Below are positions 48,360 to 60,490 of a stretch of DNA of 64,000 bases, one piece after another. The number at the start of each line of letters is the position of its first letter. Position 1 is the stretch's first letter. The notes under the pieces were generated by a model, which saw only the letters and a list, made by a program, of their open reading frames with translations, was not told the DNA's origin and ran no database searches. The stretch is from Felis catus (lineage: Eukaryota). The DNA is taken from positions 226,054,001-226,118,000 of the forward strand of contig NC_058368.1 in assembly GCF_018350175.1 (NCBI RefSeq). Direction: 5' to 3'. The translations under genes and the position numbers were made by a program.

Positions 48360-48432
48360 ATGTTTTTGTTTTTGTTTTTTTACTCACCCTGAGTGTTTCA
48401 CCTATTTCACTCTGAAAGGAGTAAGTTATCAA

Positions 48433-48434
<2 letters not shown>

Positions 48435-48467
<33 letters not shown>
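48435..48467. repeat. (TAT)n microsatellite
   Basis: Read directly from the sequence. Confidence 0.9.
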
Positions 48468-48468
<1 letters not shown>

Positions 48469-49852
48469 TTTTTTTTTTTGCCTGCCTCAAGGGATGCAAG
48501 ATAGTTAAGAGTATGTTGAATATACAAGGGGTAGTATGTGATAGTTTCCCTGGGCTTGGGCAAAAACTTTTGACTGCTCAGTGATGCCTGAAATTCCTCT
48601 ACCTAAGTGAAGCTTTTCATCCTGGATCAGAGATGAAGCTTAAAGATAAAAGACACAGCACTGGCACCTGGGGAGGGAGGTGGGAGAAGCCACCTGTGAG
48701 GGCAGGAGTGGAACATCCGTCCCTCTGTGTGGCTTCCTTTGCGATTTTTATCCTGCGTAGAAGCTGGTCACAAGAGCTGCCTAACTCTGATTAGTGGGCG
48801 AATCAACAGGCATGCTCCCTTACGCATCCCGACTGCTTTGGAGCCCTTTCCTTCTCTCCACCTTTTGCTAGGCCCCTTCTCCCTACAAACTGTGTTAGGC
48901 TGTTCCTTGCGTGCGGAAAACGTATTTCTCTCTGGCTTTTTTCTCAGCAAAATCCGTCTCCTGCAAATTTGTTTTCAGAACTAGGTTTCACCAAATCTTT
49001 TGAATCCGGTCCCCGAGTCAAATTCCCTCCCTAGGAGGAGAAGGCCTGAGACGTGGCTCAGGGAGGAAGAGAAACGAGACAGAAAGTCAGCGATTCCTCA
49101 TCCGTGAAGCCCGCCTTCCTTCCAGACGCTTCTTTCTGGTTTCTTATTTGCTTCTTGTCCTGATTTGCCCTTCAACCGCAGGCCCAGTGGACAAAATCTG
49201 TCCCCGCCTTCGTGTTCTCAAAAGCACTCTATAAATTACAAAGGCACCTGTTTTGTTGTAGTTTCCCTATGTTATCTGAATTGCTTCCCTTACGCGGACT
49301 TTTTCACAATGATAAATACCCATGCTGTCCTGATTCAACATCTAGTTTCAGTGAGGGACACAGAGTTGATAATAATGCAGGGGTTCGGAGCACAGAGCAC
49401 AAAGCCGAAGATATGGATCTAAATGTAGTAGTTATGCATCCCCACTCTGCACTTGAAATTGAAATTTAGGCCATATTTTATCAGGGTACCTCCATTTTAT
49501 ATGTAAAGAAAGGGGGGAAAAGGCAAGGTGAGGGTTGTGTTGGGCTCTAAAATAAAAATAGATGTTAGCAGAATCAGGTAAGATAAGGCACACAGATTCA
49601 CTCTGTAAAACATATGTGTATACAAGTATAAAGTCATAATGTATTATACAGACAGTTGGGTTTGTTTTTTTTTCACTTTCAGACTATGTGAGTGTTTTAA
49701 GCTTTCAGAAATTTTTTGAATTTCTTACCAGATGGAAGAGGGCAGAAGGTATAAAGAGTAACTTAGTTTTCTCCTCTTTCTGATTCTGCTCAAAGGTTTT
49801 TGTAGGTTGCTAAAGAAAATGGGTGGAGAATTTACTTATTTTCATATGTTCT

Positions 49853-49994
49853 TTAAAAAAATTTTTTTTTTCTTAAGTAGGCTTCATGCCCAGCATGGAG
49901 CCCAACGTGGGGCTTGAACTCACAACCCTGAGATCAAGACCTGAGTGGAGATCAAGAGTCAGACGCTTAGCCCACTGAACCACCCAGGCACCCC
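49853..49994 (-). mobile_element. Short Can-SINE
   Basis: TSD TTTCATATGTTCT at 49840-49852 and 49995-50007. Confidence 0.92.
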
Positions 49995-50383
49995 TTTCAT
50001 ATGTTCTGAATATTATTTTATTATCTTGATTTCCTCAAGACCAGAGGATATTCCTCAAGAATATCCTCAAGATATTATTTTATTATCTTGATTTCCTCCT
50101 TCCTCCTATGAAGGAGCCAGCCACGATGATATAGGTCCAGTCTATGTCCTGTTCCCAGAAAAGAAAGGAAATGTGTTATTAATAATCACTGTTATTAACT
50201 GAAATGATTAGAACTGATTTACATCATCAGAGGGTACTTAATATTTGAATAGTTTAGCATCTTTGTGGTCTTTATCCTGGTTAAAGCTCGACATCTCTGA
50301 GAAGAGAGAAAAGCAGAAGTGTTATACGCACTTTAGGGATGGGCAGACTGAGGGCCAGAGAAATTTACACCGAGGATTATAAT

Positions 50384-50545
50384 CAGTTGTGTGCTGTTAA
50401 TCGACAGTCCTGGGGAGGGAACCCCCAAACCCTGATTTGTAGCATTTGCTGGTTCTTGGGGTGTAAATACTCCCACGTGGCTGGCTTCAGGCTGCCTATG
50501 TGAAGCCAGTCAACACGCAGTTGGAAGAGATCCAAATGGTGGCTG
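50384..50545 (+). mobile_element. MER63A-like hAT-Blackjack MITE
   Basis: CAGTTGTGTGCTG..CCCTGATTTGTAGCATTTGC..GGTGTAAATACTCCCAC..GTTGGAAGAGAT. Confidence 0.75.
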
Positions 50546-51302
50546 ATGTGTGATGCCGAGAAGATTGAGGTGCGAGACGCGCGGGCAAAGCCAGGTCACA
50601 TAAGTCCAGAAACGAAAGGTTTTGGAAATGGAAAGCACAATATACCTCTGAAAGCAGGGTTTGCCTGGGGCTGAGGACAGAGATTGTCCACAAGTGTTGA
50701 CAAGTTACCCCCCGGGTCCCCTTGCTTTTTCCATTTTAATCCTGATTTCAGCTCTCCTTACCTGGCAGGAGACGAGAGAATTATCCTATAGGGAAGCTGA
50801 AGCAGCCAAAATCCAGGTTCCTGCTTCTCCAGACAGGTTGCCCCGAGCCCTTGTGCTGCACTCGGCTTCCTGTTCTGCTCCCACCCCCAGAACTGCTGCG
50901 GGGGGGGGGGGTGCTGAATTCTGTGGCGTCCCCAGAGGCTGCCCGCCCCCCAGCAGGGTCTGGTGCAGGTGTAGGGAGGGCCAGGGTCAGCGGGGGGGCC
51001 CGGGCTACCAGTGCCAAGGCTATTTGGTGGGGGACTCTGCACAGTCTCTCCCCTGCTCCCTATTCAGGAACCAGCACAAAAGTGCAGTCACCTGGGGGGG
51101 CAGGGGGGAAGGTGAGGGTGCAGACCGTGCCTTATTTTCTTATTCATTTGGTTATTCCTGTCTATGATTTTATCTTTCTTCGGGAACTGTGAAAAACATC
51201 TGAAATCTGAGATAAAGGTGGGTTTCTCCAGGCAAATTTAGCTGTGCTTTTTCAAGGCACTGTGGGTACCGCCCATCTAACTACTTTAAATCGGTCTTTC
51301 TC

Positions 51303-51519
51303 TTAACAGAAGACCATGGGGGAGGGGGAGGAAAAATAAAAGTTAGAGACAGAGGGAGCCAAGCCATAAGAGACTCTTCAAAAACTGAGAATAAACCGAG
51401 GGTTGATGGGGGGTGGGGGAGAGGGGAAAGTGGGTGATGGGCATTGAGGAAAGCACCTGTTGGGGTGAGCCCTGGGTGTTGCATTTGCCAAGAAATTTCA
51501 TATTAAAAATAAATAAATA
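51303..51519 (+). mobile_element. Short feline LINE-1 3'UTR insertion
   Basis: Closely matches 643-865. TSD TAAATCGGT(C/G)TTTCTC at 51287-51302 and 51523-51538. Confidence 0.92.
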
Positions 51520-51526
51520 GTGTAAA

Positions 51527-51724
51527 TCGGTGTTTCTCAAGGAGTGTGTTATTAGCATCTGGGGTGGGGCATTTCTTGATTATGGAAGTTCCGTGCCTCT
51601 GCTTCTACCTGAAAAAAAAAAATGCCCAGGGTGCTCCCAGGGATAATGAGAACTCAAGAAAATCCCCAGTCTTTCCCAAATGTCTCTTCTGTCAAGTGCT
51701 ATCCTCACTGGATGAGAACCCAGG
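51527..51724. mobile_element. MER3-like hAT MITE
   Basis: GTGTTTCTCAA..TATTAGCATCTGGGGTGGGGCA..AAATGCCCAG..GATGAGAACCCAG. Confidence 0.55.
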
Positions 51725-52167
51725 TTCTCAGTGATATTTTCAGCTTGAGGCTTTTGGGATCTCGCAGGTAGTTTGAAATACGGTTTCCATTCTCCCAGGG
51801 ACCAACTAGTAGCTCCAAATTCTCACGGCTTTTTTCTACTATAATCTGTTCCGAGACAAGGGTTGAGACATTTGCTGTTCCCTGTAGTAGCTTGAATCAG
51901 AGGGTACGGTCTTGCTTTCTCCTTGTCTCCCATGCTCACGTGTAACCCTTTGGAATCTCATCTTCATCTAGACCATCACTTATTGGGACCCCCACTTGGG
52001 GCCCACCTTGGACTTCATATTCTGCCCTGTAACTGCTGAGGTCATAAAAACTAAAACTCTAGGGCATCGGTTTAGGCAAAGGACCTGAGCACCAAAGCTG
52101 GATTGAGTGCTCTTCTGGCCTCCCCTCCTGGTCTGATAATTGATATCTTGTTTTTCTGTTTGTCTTC

Positions 52168-52199
<32 letters not shown>

Positions 52200-52409
52200 T
52201 TTAAATTTACCCAAGATTTCTAGTCCTTTTCAGAAGCTGGAGTGGTTTAGCTATCATAACGGAAATCTTGGCAAGGCATCAGTAGTTACAAATTTCATAG
52301 CTTGATTAGGAAAAAAAAAGTGTTATAAAAATGAGCACTTTTATGAGAAAGGCGAAACCACGGGATTCAGGAATAACACGAATCACGCGATATAAGGAGA
52401 CTCCAGAGT

Positions 52410-52575
52410 GTGGGAACCAGAGAGTTTTGGGTCTGAATCCCTGCTGTACCACATCCTATCTGTGTGGCTTGGGGTAAGTTCTTAAATATCTTTAAAGCTC
52501 AGTTTCCTCCTCTGTACATTGAGGGAAAAAAAATCACACCTCTCAGGGCAGTTGAGATGATTGAGGAGATCGTAT
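52410..52575 (+). mobile_element. MIR relic
   Basis: GGGTCTGAATCCCTGCTG..TGTGTGGCTTGGGGTAAGTT..CTCAGTTTCCTCCTCTGTA. Confidence 0.75.
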
Positions 52576-52821
52576 ATTTTTGGCTCTGTCCCTTCCCCTT
52601 TAGTTCAGCTCTGGGGACTTTCAAATCTTATTCACGTTCCTTTACTTTAAAACAAAACAAAACAAAACAAAACAAAACAAAACTCTTGCCATTCTCTTGT
52701 CTTTGCAGTGGGCCTTGCAAAGGGAACTGGACACACCTGGGTGCCAGATGAAGTTTTAATTAAATCTCTAGAAGCTCAGGGAGCAAATTCAAGTATATCC
52801 TCAGATATAGAACTTAGAATC

Positions 52822-53080
52822 TCTCTCTCTTTTTTTAAAGTTTATTTATTTATTTATTTATGTATGTATGTATGTATGTATGTATGTATCTCTTTTGAGA
52901 GAGAGCGAGAGCATGCCTGTGAGCAGGGGAGGTGCAGAGAGGGAGAGAGAGAATCCCAAGCAGGCTGTGCACTGTCGACACAGGGCCAGATGTGGCACTC
53001 GATCTCACGGACTGTGAGATCATGACCTGAGCTGAAATCAAGAGTCGGATGCTTAACCGACCGAGTCACCCAGGCACACC
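52822..53080 (-). mobile_element. Can-SINE with (TATG)n in its tail
   Basis: TSD AACTTAGAATC at 52811-52821 and 53082-53092. Confidence 0.93.
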
Positions 53081-53503
53081 AAACTTAGAATCCCTTAAAA
53101 GAGGCCCAGTTGTAAATGAACAGACCACTTCCCATCCCCAAATACCTGACATATTCCTCAGATGTGTACTATAGTGGATGCCATTAGCTGTTTGAGAAAA
53201 TGGACAGTGTCATGAAAATACAACCCCAGGTAATGCCACTGAGACTGTCTTTTATGTTCATTAAAAACTGGAAGAAATAGACAAATCCAGTTTGTTCTTA
53301 TGTGACCAGAGTACAGGGAGCTCAAAACTCTAGGTCAGAAATCACACTTGTGATGATCAGAAATGGGAAACCATTGGAAGAGGGAGTGAGTAGACAGGTA
53401 AGCTCTTGGTTACAGTTGAGTTTTTAATAAGCTACTGAGAACAGTTATGAAAACTTCCAACGTAGACACAGAATATGTGCATATAACTTCTATGACTTAT
53501 CTC

Positions 53504-53641
53504 AGAGAGAGAGAGAGAGAGAGAGAGAAGGAGACAGAGAGGAGGGGGGAAGGAAGAAGAAAGAGGAGGAGGAGGGAGGGGGGAGGGAAAGAGAAGGAGG
53601 AAGAGCGGGGGAGAGGGAGAGGGAGAGAGAGAGAGAGAGAA
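53504..53641. repeat. GA-rich low-complexity polypurine tract
   Basis: Read directly from the sequence. Confidence 0.85.
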
Positions 53642-53959
53642 ACATTGTGATGATTCTGCTCGCTATTTCATCAAAGACCATGTACCTTCAGCGAGAATGA
53701 AATGGAAGCCAAATCTGTTGTTGGTCCTGGGGGACCTGGTTGCAGAATATCTCATGCCACTGAAAATGATTCTCATTTTGCATATATATTTTATCCCTAG
53801 AAAATGGCTTTTACATGTATGCAAGCCAGTAACTTCATTTGATATGGAACTGATGAAAAAGCCATCTGTGGTAATGTGAGATTACATTATGTGTAAATGT
53901 GAGAGAGATTTGGCGGCCTTGGATTTGAGAGAAAAGGAATGTCTACCTTCGTTTGGGTG

Positions 53960-54043
53960 ATTGTCAGGGGTAATTTTTTTACACGTGATTTTTGCCAAAT
54001 AGGCCGACTTTAGAACGTAACCCGGTACAGTGTAACTCTACTG
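53960..54043. mobile_element. Possible ancient Tigger-like DNA transposon end
   Basis: GAACGTAACCC..GTAACTCTACTG resembles a Tigger15-type terminus. Confidence 0.3.
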
Positions 54044-54809
54044 TGATTGAAATTTATATTCTCTACACGATAATCAATAAGCTATGTTAGCACTTGGATT
54101 GGTGAGAGCGAATCTGTTTTTATATACCTTCAAAAGTGTAAAAAATTAAACATAATTCGGATGAAATCAACCACTAGTGGAAGCAATCTACCCTCAAAAT
54201 CATACAAAAACCCTCTTTTCTTTCCAAACCTTGATCTAAGTGCAAGGGTGTTTATCAAATACGTAAGAACTTAAGTTATAGCCACCATGAGATAAATGTT
54301 GGCGCATTTAATTCTGGTAGATTAGGGGTAACGTTCTAAAAGATGTGAAATCTCGCAAAAAGAGATTCAGAGTCAGAATTTTTCAGGAATAAGTAAACGC
54401 TGTCCAGGAGGTGGACCAGGAAATTTTCTACTTTCTGTATGCCAACGAATAAATAATGCATACGCTTGGTGAGCATACAGTGGCAGCCTATTTTATCCAG
54501 GTTGTGGTAGATTGGACGCTCCAGCTATAGAAAATTATCCTTCTAGGAGGTCCTGATTGAAGATAATGGGTACCTTAGCACAAAATCCCAACAGACACAC
54601 GGCAGACTATTAAGTATGGACTAGATGCCAAAAGTTCCACAGCAACTTGGTGTTTGAAAGAATGTATTTCATACAATTATCAAAGTTGCAACTAACCATC
54701 TGTTTCAATATCATGGCATCGTGCTGTTGGTCAGCATTGTAAAAATGAACATCTTGTTGTTTTTGATGAGCACCATTTAGGTTTATCTGAGCATATGAAA
54801 CACTAATGG

Positions 54810-56750
54810 TAATTTAATTCAACATTCATTGTGTGTCTAGAATGTGAACGGCATGGCAGTAGGCAGTAGGAGAAAGATTGGGCAAAAAGAACTCCTTTCC
54901 TCAAAGTGCCGACCGGCAAGAGAGACAAAGACTGTGCACAGATTGATCTTGTAGAGGGCGTGATGGGGTTATTTGTTTTAGACATGGTTTGCACACTTAC
55001 TCCATGCCTGGTACTGTGCTTAAACCTGCGGACACAGACTCATGAGGCACAGTCTTTGCTCTCAAGGAGGTGACAATAAGGTTGCAGAGGGCAGCAGGAA
55101 GAGACACGGCCATGGAAAGTCACATATACTGTTCTTCGTGCTATGATAGAGAAAACCGGAGGGTATGTTGAGTCACAAGGGAAGAAGATCCTATACCGTC
55201 CTCCTTTGGGGGCATCGGGGAAGGCTACTCAAAGACCCCCTAGGCTGAATATTTAAGATCGAGCATTTATTGACTGTTTCACTCAGCACATGCACACTGA
55301 CCCCCACCCTCTTCTGCACGCTGTGCGAGACAGAGGGGCCCTACAGCAGCAACACGATGAAGCTCCCTGGGTGCACGGAGCATATTTTTCTAGTGGGAGG
55401 AAAGAGGGAGTAGTGAGTAGATGATGAAGCTAGTATCAGCTGCTAAACTCGCTTTGAAACCTTAGGTTATGTGGGGACAAAAATAATAACTATATGTTAA
55501 CGCTGAATCTTCTTAATCAGAAAACACGGTACTTAAATTCTATTTTCATTGCTTCGCTGGATTAGAAACACATCTCCTAAAGACAGCAATCATCTGTTAA
55601 TAGTTAAGCAATCTCACTAATTTAATTATAGCCAACCGAGGAAGGGGTAAGATGGGAGAAGAACATACCAGAAAGGAAAACAATGGTAGGGAAAAATACC
55701 ACGTTGGCAAGTCATAGACACAAGAGAGGATGATGTCCTCGCACACCTGTAAACGTATTTAGTGTGGCCAAGGCGTAGGGGATGTTGCAGCCAGAGGGAA
55801 AAGTGAGCAGTAACTAGATCATAAAGCCCTGTCTGCCCAACCGAGGAACTTGGACGTTATTATCAAGGGAGATTTTCAACCTGTCATCCAGATGATCAAA
55901 TGTTTATATTAGAAAGATGAATCTGGCAGCAGAGTGGGGAATGGTTAGGAGGGGGGCAAAGTTGGAGATGGGGGTTAATCACAAGGCTGCTGCAATTGTC
56001 CAGAGGAGAAGTGATGCGGGTCTGAGCTAAGGCGGAGTCAGTGTTGACGGACGTGAGCTAAATTAAGGAAGGCAGAATCCTTGGGGGTCTAGTAATTAAC
56101 AGGGTATGGAGCCTCTGTCAGATGCTCCAGTGAGAGGGGCACTCGTTTTCAAGATGGAGACCCTAAGGAGGAACATATTTAAAAAGCCAAATTAACCAAG
56201 ACCAAATTAGGGTGTTTGAGATATGTGAGGGACAAATAAATGGGTGTGTTCAGGAGGCAGCTGCATCTATGAGTTTAGAGCTCAGCAGAGTTGGGGACTG
56301 GGAATCACTGAATCCAGGGCCGTCTGGGTGACTGAGGAAGCTATGGGAGTATCTGAGGAGAGAACTGAGGAGAGAAGCAGGAACTGATGAGAAGAGAAGA
56401 GAATATTCACACTGAGGTGCAGCCAGAGAAGAGCCCCCTCAAAAAAAAGACCAAGAAGGAGTTGCAGGGATAAAGGGAAAACAGGGTTCTGGAAAGCTAG
56501 GGGATTTGTAAGCAGAAGGAAGTGGGCAACTGTCAATCACAACAAGAGTTTGTGATATGGAGCCTGAAAATTGTCTGCTGTTCAGCAACGGCAAACCCTG
56601 TGGCCACCTTCCGCAGAGAACTTTTAGAATGTGTGTGGCACGGGGCTGAGGATGGGGGCTGTGTACAGGGATGAGGAGGCAGGACATTATAAAAGGCTAA
56701 AGAAAAGGTGAGGGATTAAAGAGTGGAGACAATGTTTGGAGAGAACACTC
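54810..56750 (-). mobile_element. Cluster of LINE-2 relics
   Basis: ATTTAATTCAACATTCATTG..; GCATTTATTGACTG; CTAGATCATAAAGCCCTG..TTAGAAAGATGAATCTGGCAGCAGAGTG; GAGTTTAGAGCTCAG. Confidence 0.65.
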
Positions 56751-56880
56751 AAGAATGTTGACTCTGAAAATAAGGAAAGTGAGTAGAACTCGGGATGGAA
56801 TCAAGAAAGCACCCTCTCCTTTGCCAGTGGGAGAGGCTTCAGGTGATTATTTTAAGCTGAAGCTAATGGCGGGGGTGGAG

Positions 56881-56885
<5 letters not shown>

Positions 56886-56934
<49 letters not shown>
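56886..56934. repeat. (GA)n microsatellite
   Basis: Read directly from the sequence. Confidence 0.92.
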
Positions 56935-56937
<3 letters not shown>

Positions 56938-57054
56938 CAGAGAAAAAGGGACTCTGGCTCCCAGAGGCAGGGGGAGATACAGGTCCAGAGCAGAGAGGGA
57001 GTGGCTTTCAACTGAAGGCAAACGACTTTTTCGATTAAAATGGAGCGAAGAAGG

Positions 57055-57613
57055 TTTGATGTTTAATTTTATGTGTCAGCTTCAGTGGGCTAAAGGGTGT
57101 CCAGGTAACTGGTCAAACATTGTTTTGGGGTGTGCCCATGGGAATGTCTCTAGGAGAGATTAGCATTTGAGTCAGTAGGCTGAGTAAATGAAACTGCCTT
57201 CACTAATGTGGGGTGGCAGGTGGCTGTGGGGGGGGGTACATCGTCCAGCCCATTGAGGGCCTGCCTACAAGAAAAAAGGCAGAGGAAGGTTGAATCACTC
57301 TCTTTTTTGCTGGAACCGAGACACCTATCCTTTGCCCTTGGACATTGGTACCTCTGGTTCTCAGGTTTTAGGACATAGACTGGAACTAACCCAATCAGCC
57401 TGATTCTCAGGCCGTCAGACTCGGAATTTACCACTGGCTTCGCTGGTTCTTCTCGCAGAGGGCAGACTGTAGAACTTCTCAGCCTCCGTAACTATGTGAG
57501 CCAACCCCTCTAATAAATCTCCTCCTCTCTCTAATGTAGCTATACAGATCTATAGCTATAGCTATATCTGTCTCCTGTTGGTTCTGTTTCTCTGGAGAAC
57601 CCCGACCGATACA
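57055..57613 (+). mobile_element. MLT2-type ERVL solo LTR
   Basis: TTAATTTTATGTGTCAGCTT..GAGATTAGCATTTGA..TGTGAGCCAA..TAATAAATCT..GGTTCTGTTTCTCTGGAGAACCC..ATACA. Confidence 0.9.
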
Positions 57614-58220
57614 GGAGGTGTGGCTGTGTTTGTGGGCTGGGAAAGCTAGAAGCCAGCGGAACTCAATGCTCGTGGGTTCTGTTTTCACTCTGAAGTAGGA
57701 GGAAGGGTCAAATGCCAAGTAAGGATGATAGTATGTGTTATTTGGGATGGGAGGAGAGGAGGAAAATGTGAAGGGCCAAAAAAGAGATGGATATAATTTT
57801 GACTAGTGTGTAGGACAGACAAGGTTTTGTGGAGGAGGTAGATTTGGCCCCACTGTGGACAAGATGGAGGAAGATGGTGAAGGAAGAGGAAGTTCCGGGA
57901 AGGCGACTACAATGAGAAGAAGAAAGAAACTGAAGAGTGAAGGTCATTTCAAGATCACTCATTCACAGAACTGAGAATGTTGGTTAGATAGCAGGATGCA
58001 TGAAGGCAATTATACAGATATAATAATGACAAATGTTACGTTTATTTATGTGTCTATAGAATCCAACCTGGCTCCTGGCACAAATATGGGTCCTCAATAC
58101 GTGTGTGTTAACTGAATGAGAGCAACTTCATTTGCTGTATCATAAACTAGAAAAATTAAAAGGAGTGTCCAAGGGCAGCCAATGGATGCTAATTTCCTTT
58201 TTTTTTAATAGCAAAATATT

Positions 58221-58419
58221 GGGGCACCTGGGCAGCTCAGTTGGTTAAGCGTCTAACTCTTGAGCTCAGGTCAGGATCTCAGGATTCCTGAGGTCAAGCC
58301 CCACATCAGGCTCCACACTGTCAGCATGGACTCTCTCTCTCCCCCTCTCTCTCTCTCTGCCCCTCCCCATTCACATGCACTCTCTCTCAAAATAAATAAA
58401 TAAACTTAAAAATAAATAA
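58221..58419 (+). mobile_element. Can-SINE
   Basis: TSD AATAG(C/A)AAAATAT at 58207-58219 and 58420-58432. Confidence 0.92.
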
Positions 58420-58464
58420 AATAGAAAAATATCATTACATTTCATTTTCCATCTATGGAGGTGC

Positions 58465-58985
58465 TCTAGTCACTATTGCTGTACAACAAACTATCCCAAA
58501 ACTTAGTGGGTTAAAACAGCAACCTTTCAAAAGGTGAAGGTCACTGATTCTGTAGGCAAGGAATTCGCGCATGGCTCAGCTGGGTAATCCTTCTGCTTCT
58601 GGTGACTTTGAGATTACTTAGTGGTACTCAGTTAGCAGATGGGCTAGTCTGAGGGTCCACAATGCTAAACATCCTATGATGCATGGGACATCCCCCACCC
58701 ACTCTTCCTCACAAATGATTTTTCAGCCCAAAATGTCAACGGTGCGAATGTTGAGAAATTCTGCCGTAGATCCTGGGACCCAAGAGAAACAGACAGCGGC
58801 TGCAAAACCTTCTGAAGTCATGCAGAGGGTCACTTCTCCTCCACTGTATTAGTTACAGGATGTTCACAAAGCCAGTCTAGGGAAAGGGACCAGACTCTAC
58901 CTCTTGATGGGGGGAGGGGGGGTGGGGATTAGCAAGGCTTCATTGTGCTACAGCATGTGGACAGCACAATTTTGGTAAATGCAGT
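58465..58985 (-). mobile_element. MLT1-type MaLR LTR containing a MER20-like fragment (~58660-58765)
   Basis: CTATTGCTGTACAACAAACTATCCCAAAACTTAGTGG..GGCTCAGCTGGG; MER20-like TGCTAAACATCCTA..CCCAAAATGTCAAC..GTTGAGAAA. Confidence 0.7.
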
Positions 58986-60194
58986 TTACTAGGACAGAGA
59001 TGGAAGCACAAAACAGATGAGGAGGCAGTATTTAATGCCAGAGAAGTTGGAGTCCAGAATATATGTAGAATGCGGACGGGAAATGGAATGGACCCGATGT
59101 GCTTCACAGAAAAAGTGTGCTTCCAATAGGAAAGCTGAGAGGGAAAACTGCCTCTCCCCCATTTGGAATTGTCCAGTTGACAAGCGACAAATCAGTGGTG
59201 GGTGGGCCTATCAGGAAGAATTGGGCTTCCCCTTCTGCTAGTTCCTTGGGACATCACAGTCTAGGGTCTTTACTGATGCTGGGGTCACTGAGCTTAAGCC
59301 ATCAATACTTTCACCAGGGATACTCACTCTCTGAGCTCTTGGTACCCAAGATTATTCTCCAATAATCTTGGAGATTATTGAGAACAGTTCTTTGGTTTGT
59401 GTTCATTCTCGTGTTACCCTCCCCTTAGGGCCAGATCACCTGTGAGGCCGAACCTCTGAACCTCTACTCTGCCTTCCGTCAACATGAATTCTTTTGTAAA
59501 AGGCTCCTTGGGCCTTTATGTAAAGTCACCAACCTGTCAAATTGGATTTTCAGTTGTATTTTGCTTATTAAAAACATTTTTTTTTGTACTGAATCTTTAA
59601 AAGACACTTAAACAAGTTGTCAGTATCTCAAAATTAGAAATTTTGCATAGAATAAAAGAACTGTTTTTGCTACTTTTGCAAGCCTGGAAGATCCAGATAC
59701 ATTGGACCCACAATTTTGACAGCAACAATTGTTGGAATCAGGTAGCAACTGCCTTGGAGATACTTTGTGGTGGAAAAAGTCTGTGAAGTACAAGCGAGAG
59801 TCCTCATCTTAGGGATTCCCAATGCATGGTGGCATATTAACCCCTCTGGCGAGCCCCGAATCATGCCGATAGTAATGATAATGATAATAATCACGGTGTA
59901 ATTTTGTTTAATGGAGCATTTTCCAATGGGCAAGAAAAATTTTCTTTAAAAAAAAAAATGACTTTGAGACAGGTAGAAGCAAAATGTAAGCAGGCCCTCG
60001 TGAAAGCCTATGCTTTGGACTTCATGAAAATATCTGAATCTGGGATCTTTGGTACATGGCGCATATATATATATACACGCGCCCTAGTGACTTGTTTGGC
60101 TAATAGGGGAATAACAAATATGACACATGCATAGATTTAAAATTCCTATGTATTAGGTCTTGCCCTTACTTCCTCAGAATTCTGAGACCACCGT

Positions 60195-60490
60195 TTGAAT
60201 AACCTGAGCTAGCCTGCCGGAGAGGCCAGGGGGTGGAGAACTGAGGTGTCCCAGCCTACAAACCAAGCCAACTGGTAGGCTCATGTACGAGCTCTCTGGG
60301 ACCAGCCACTCTACAGACACTTTTCCAAATAACCACAAATACATACACAAACCCAGCTGACACCACCTGGAACAGCTAAATCTTCCCAGCTGAGCCCTGC
60401 CCGAATTGCCAACACGCAGCATCATGAGCAAATAAGTGGTCGCCATTTCAGGTTGCAACTTTTGGGATTGAACAGCAGTGGAAGACAGAC
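60195..60490 (+). mobile_element. MLT1-type MaLR LTR fragment
   Basis: CCCAGCTGAGCCCTGCCCGAATTGCC..ATCATGAGCAAATAA. Confidence 0.7.

Noticed and set aside
50661..51192. GC-rich ORFs, CpG island or CTCF site
   Set aside because: Short and CpG-modest, only degenerate CTCF-like matches, and no recognisable protein.
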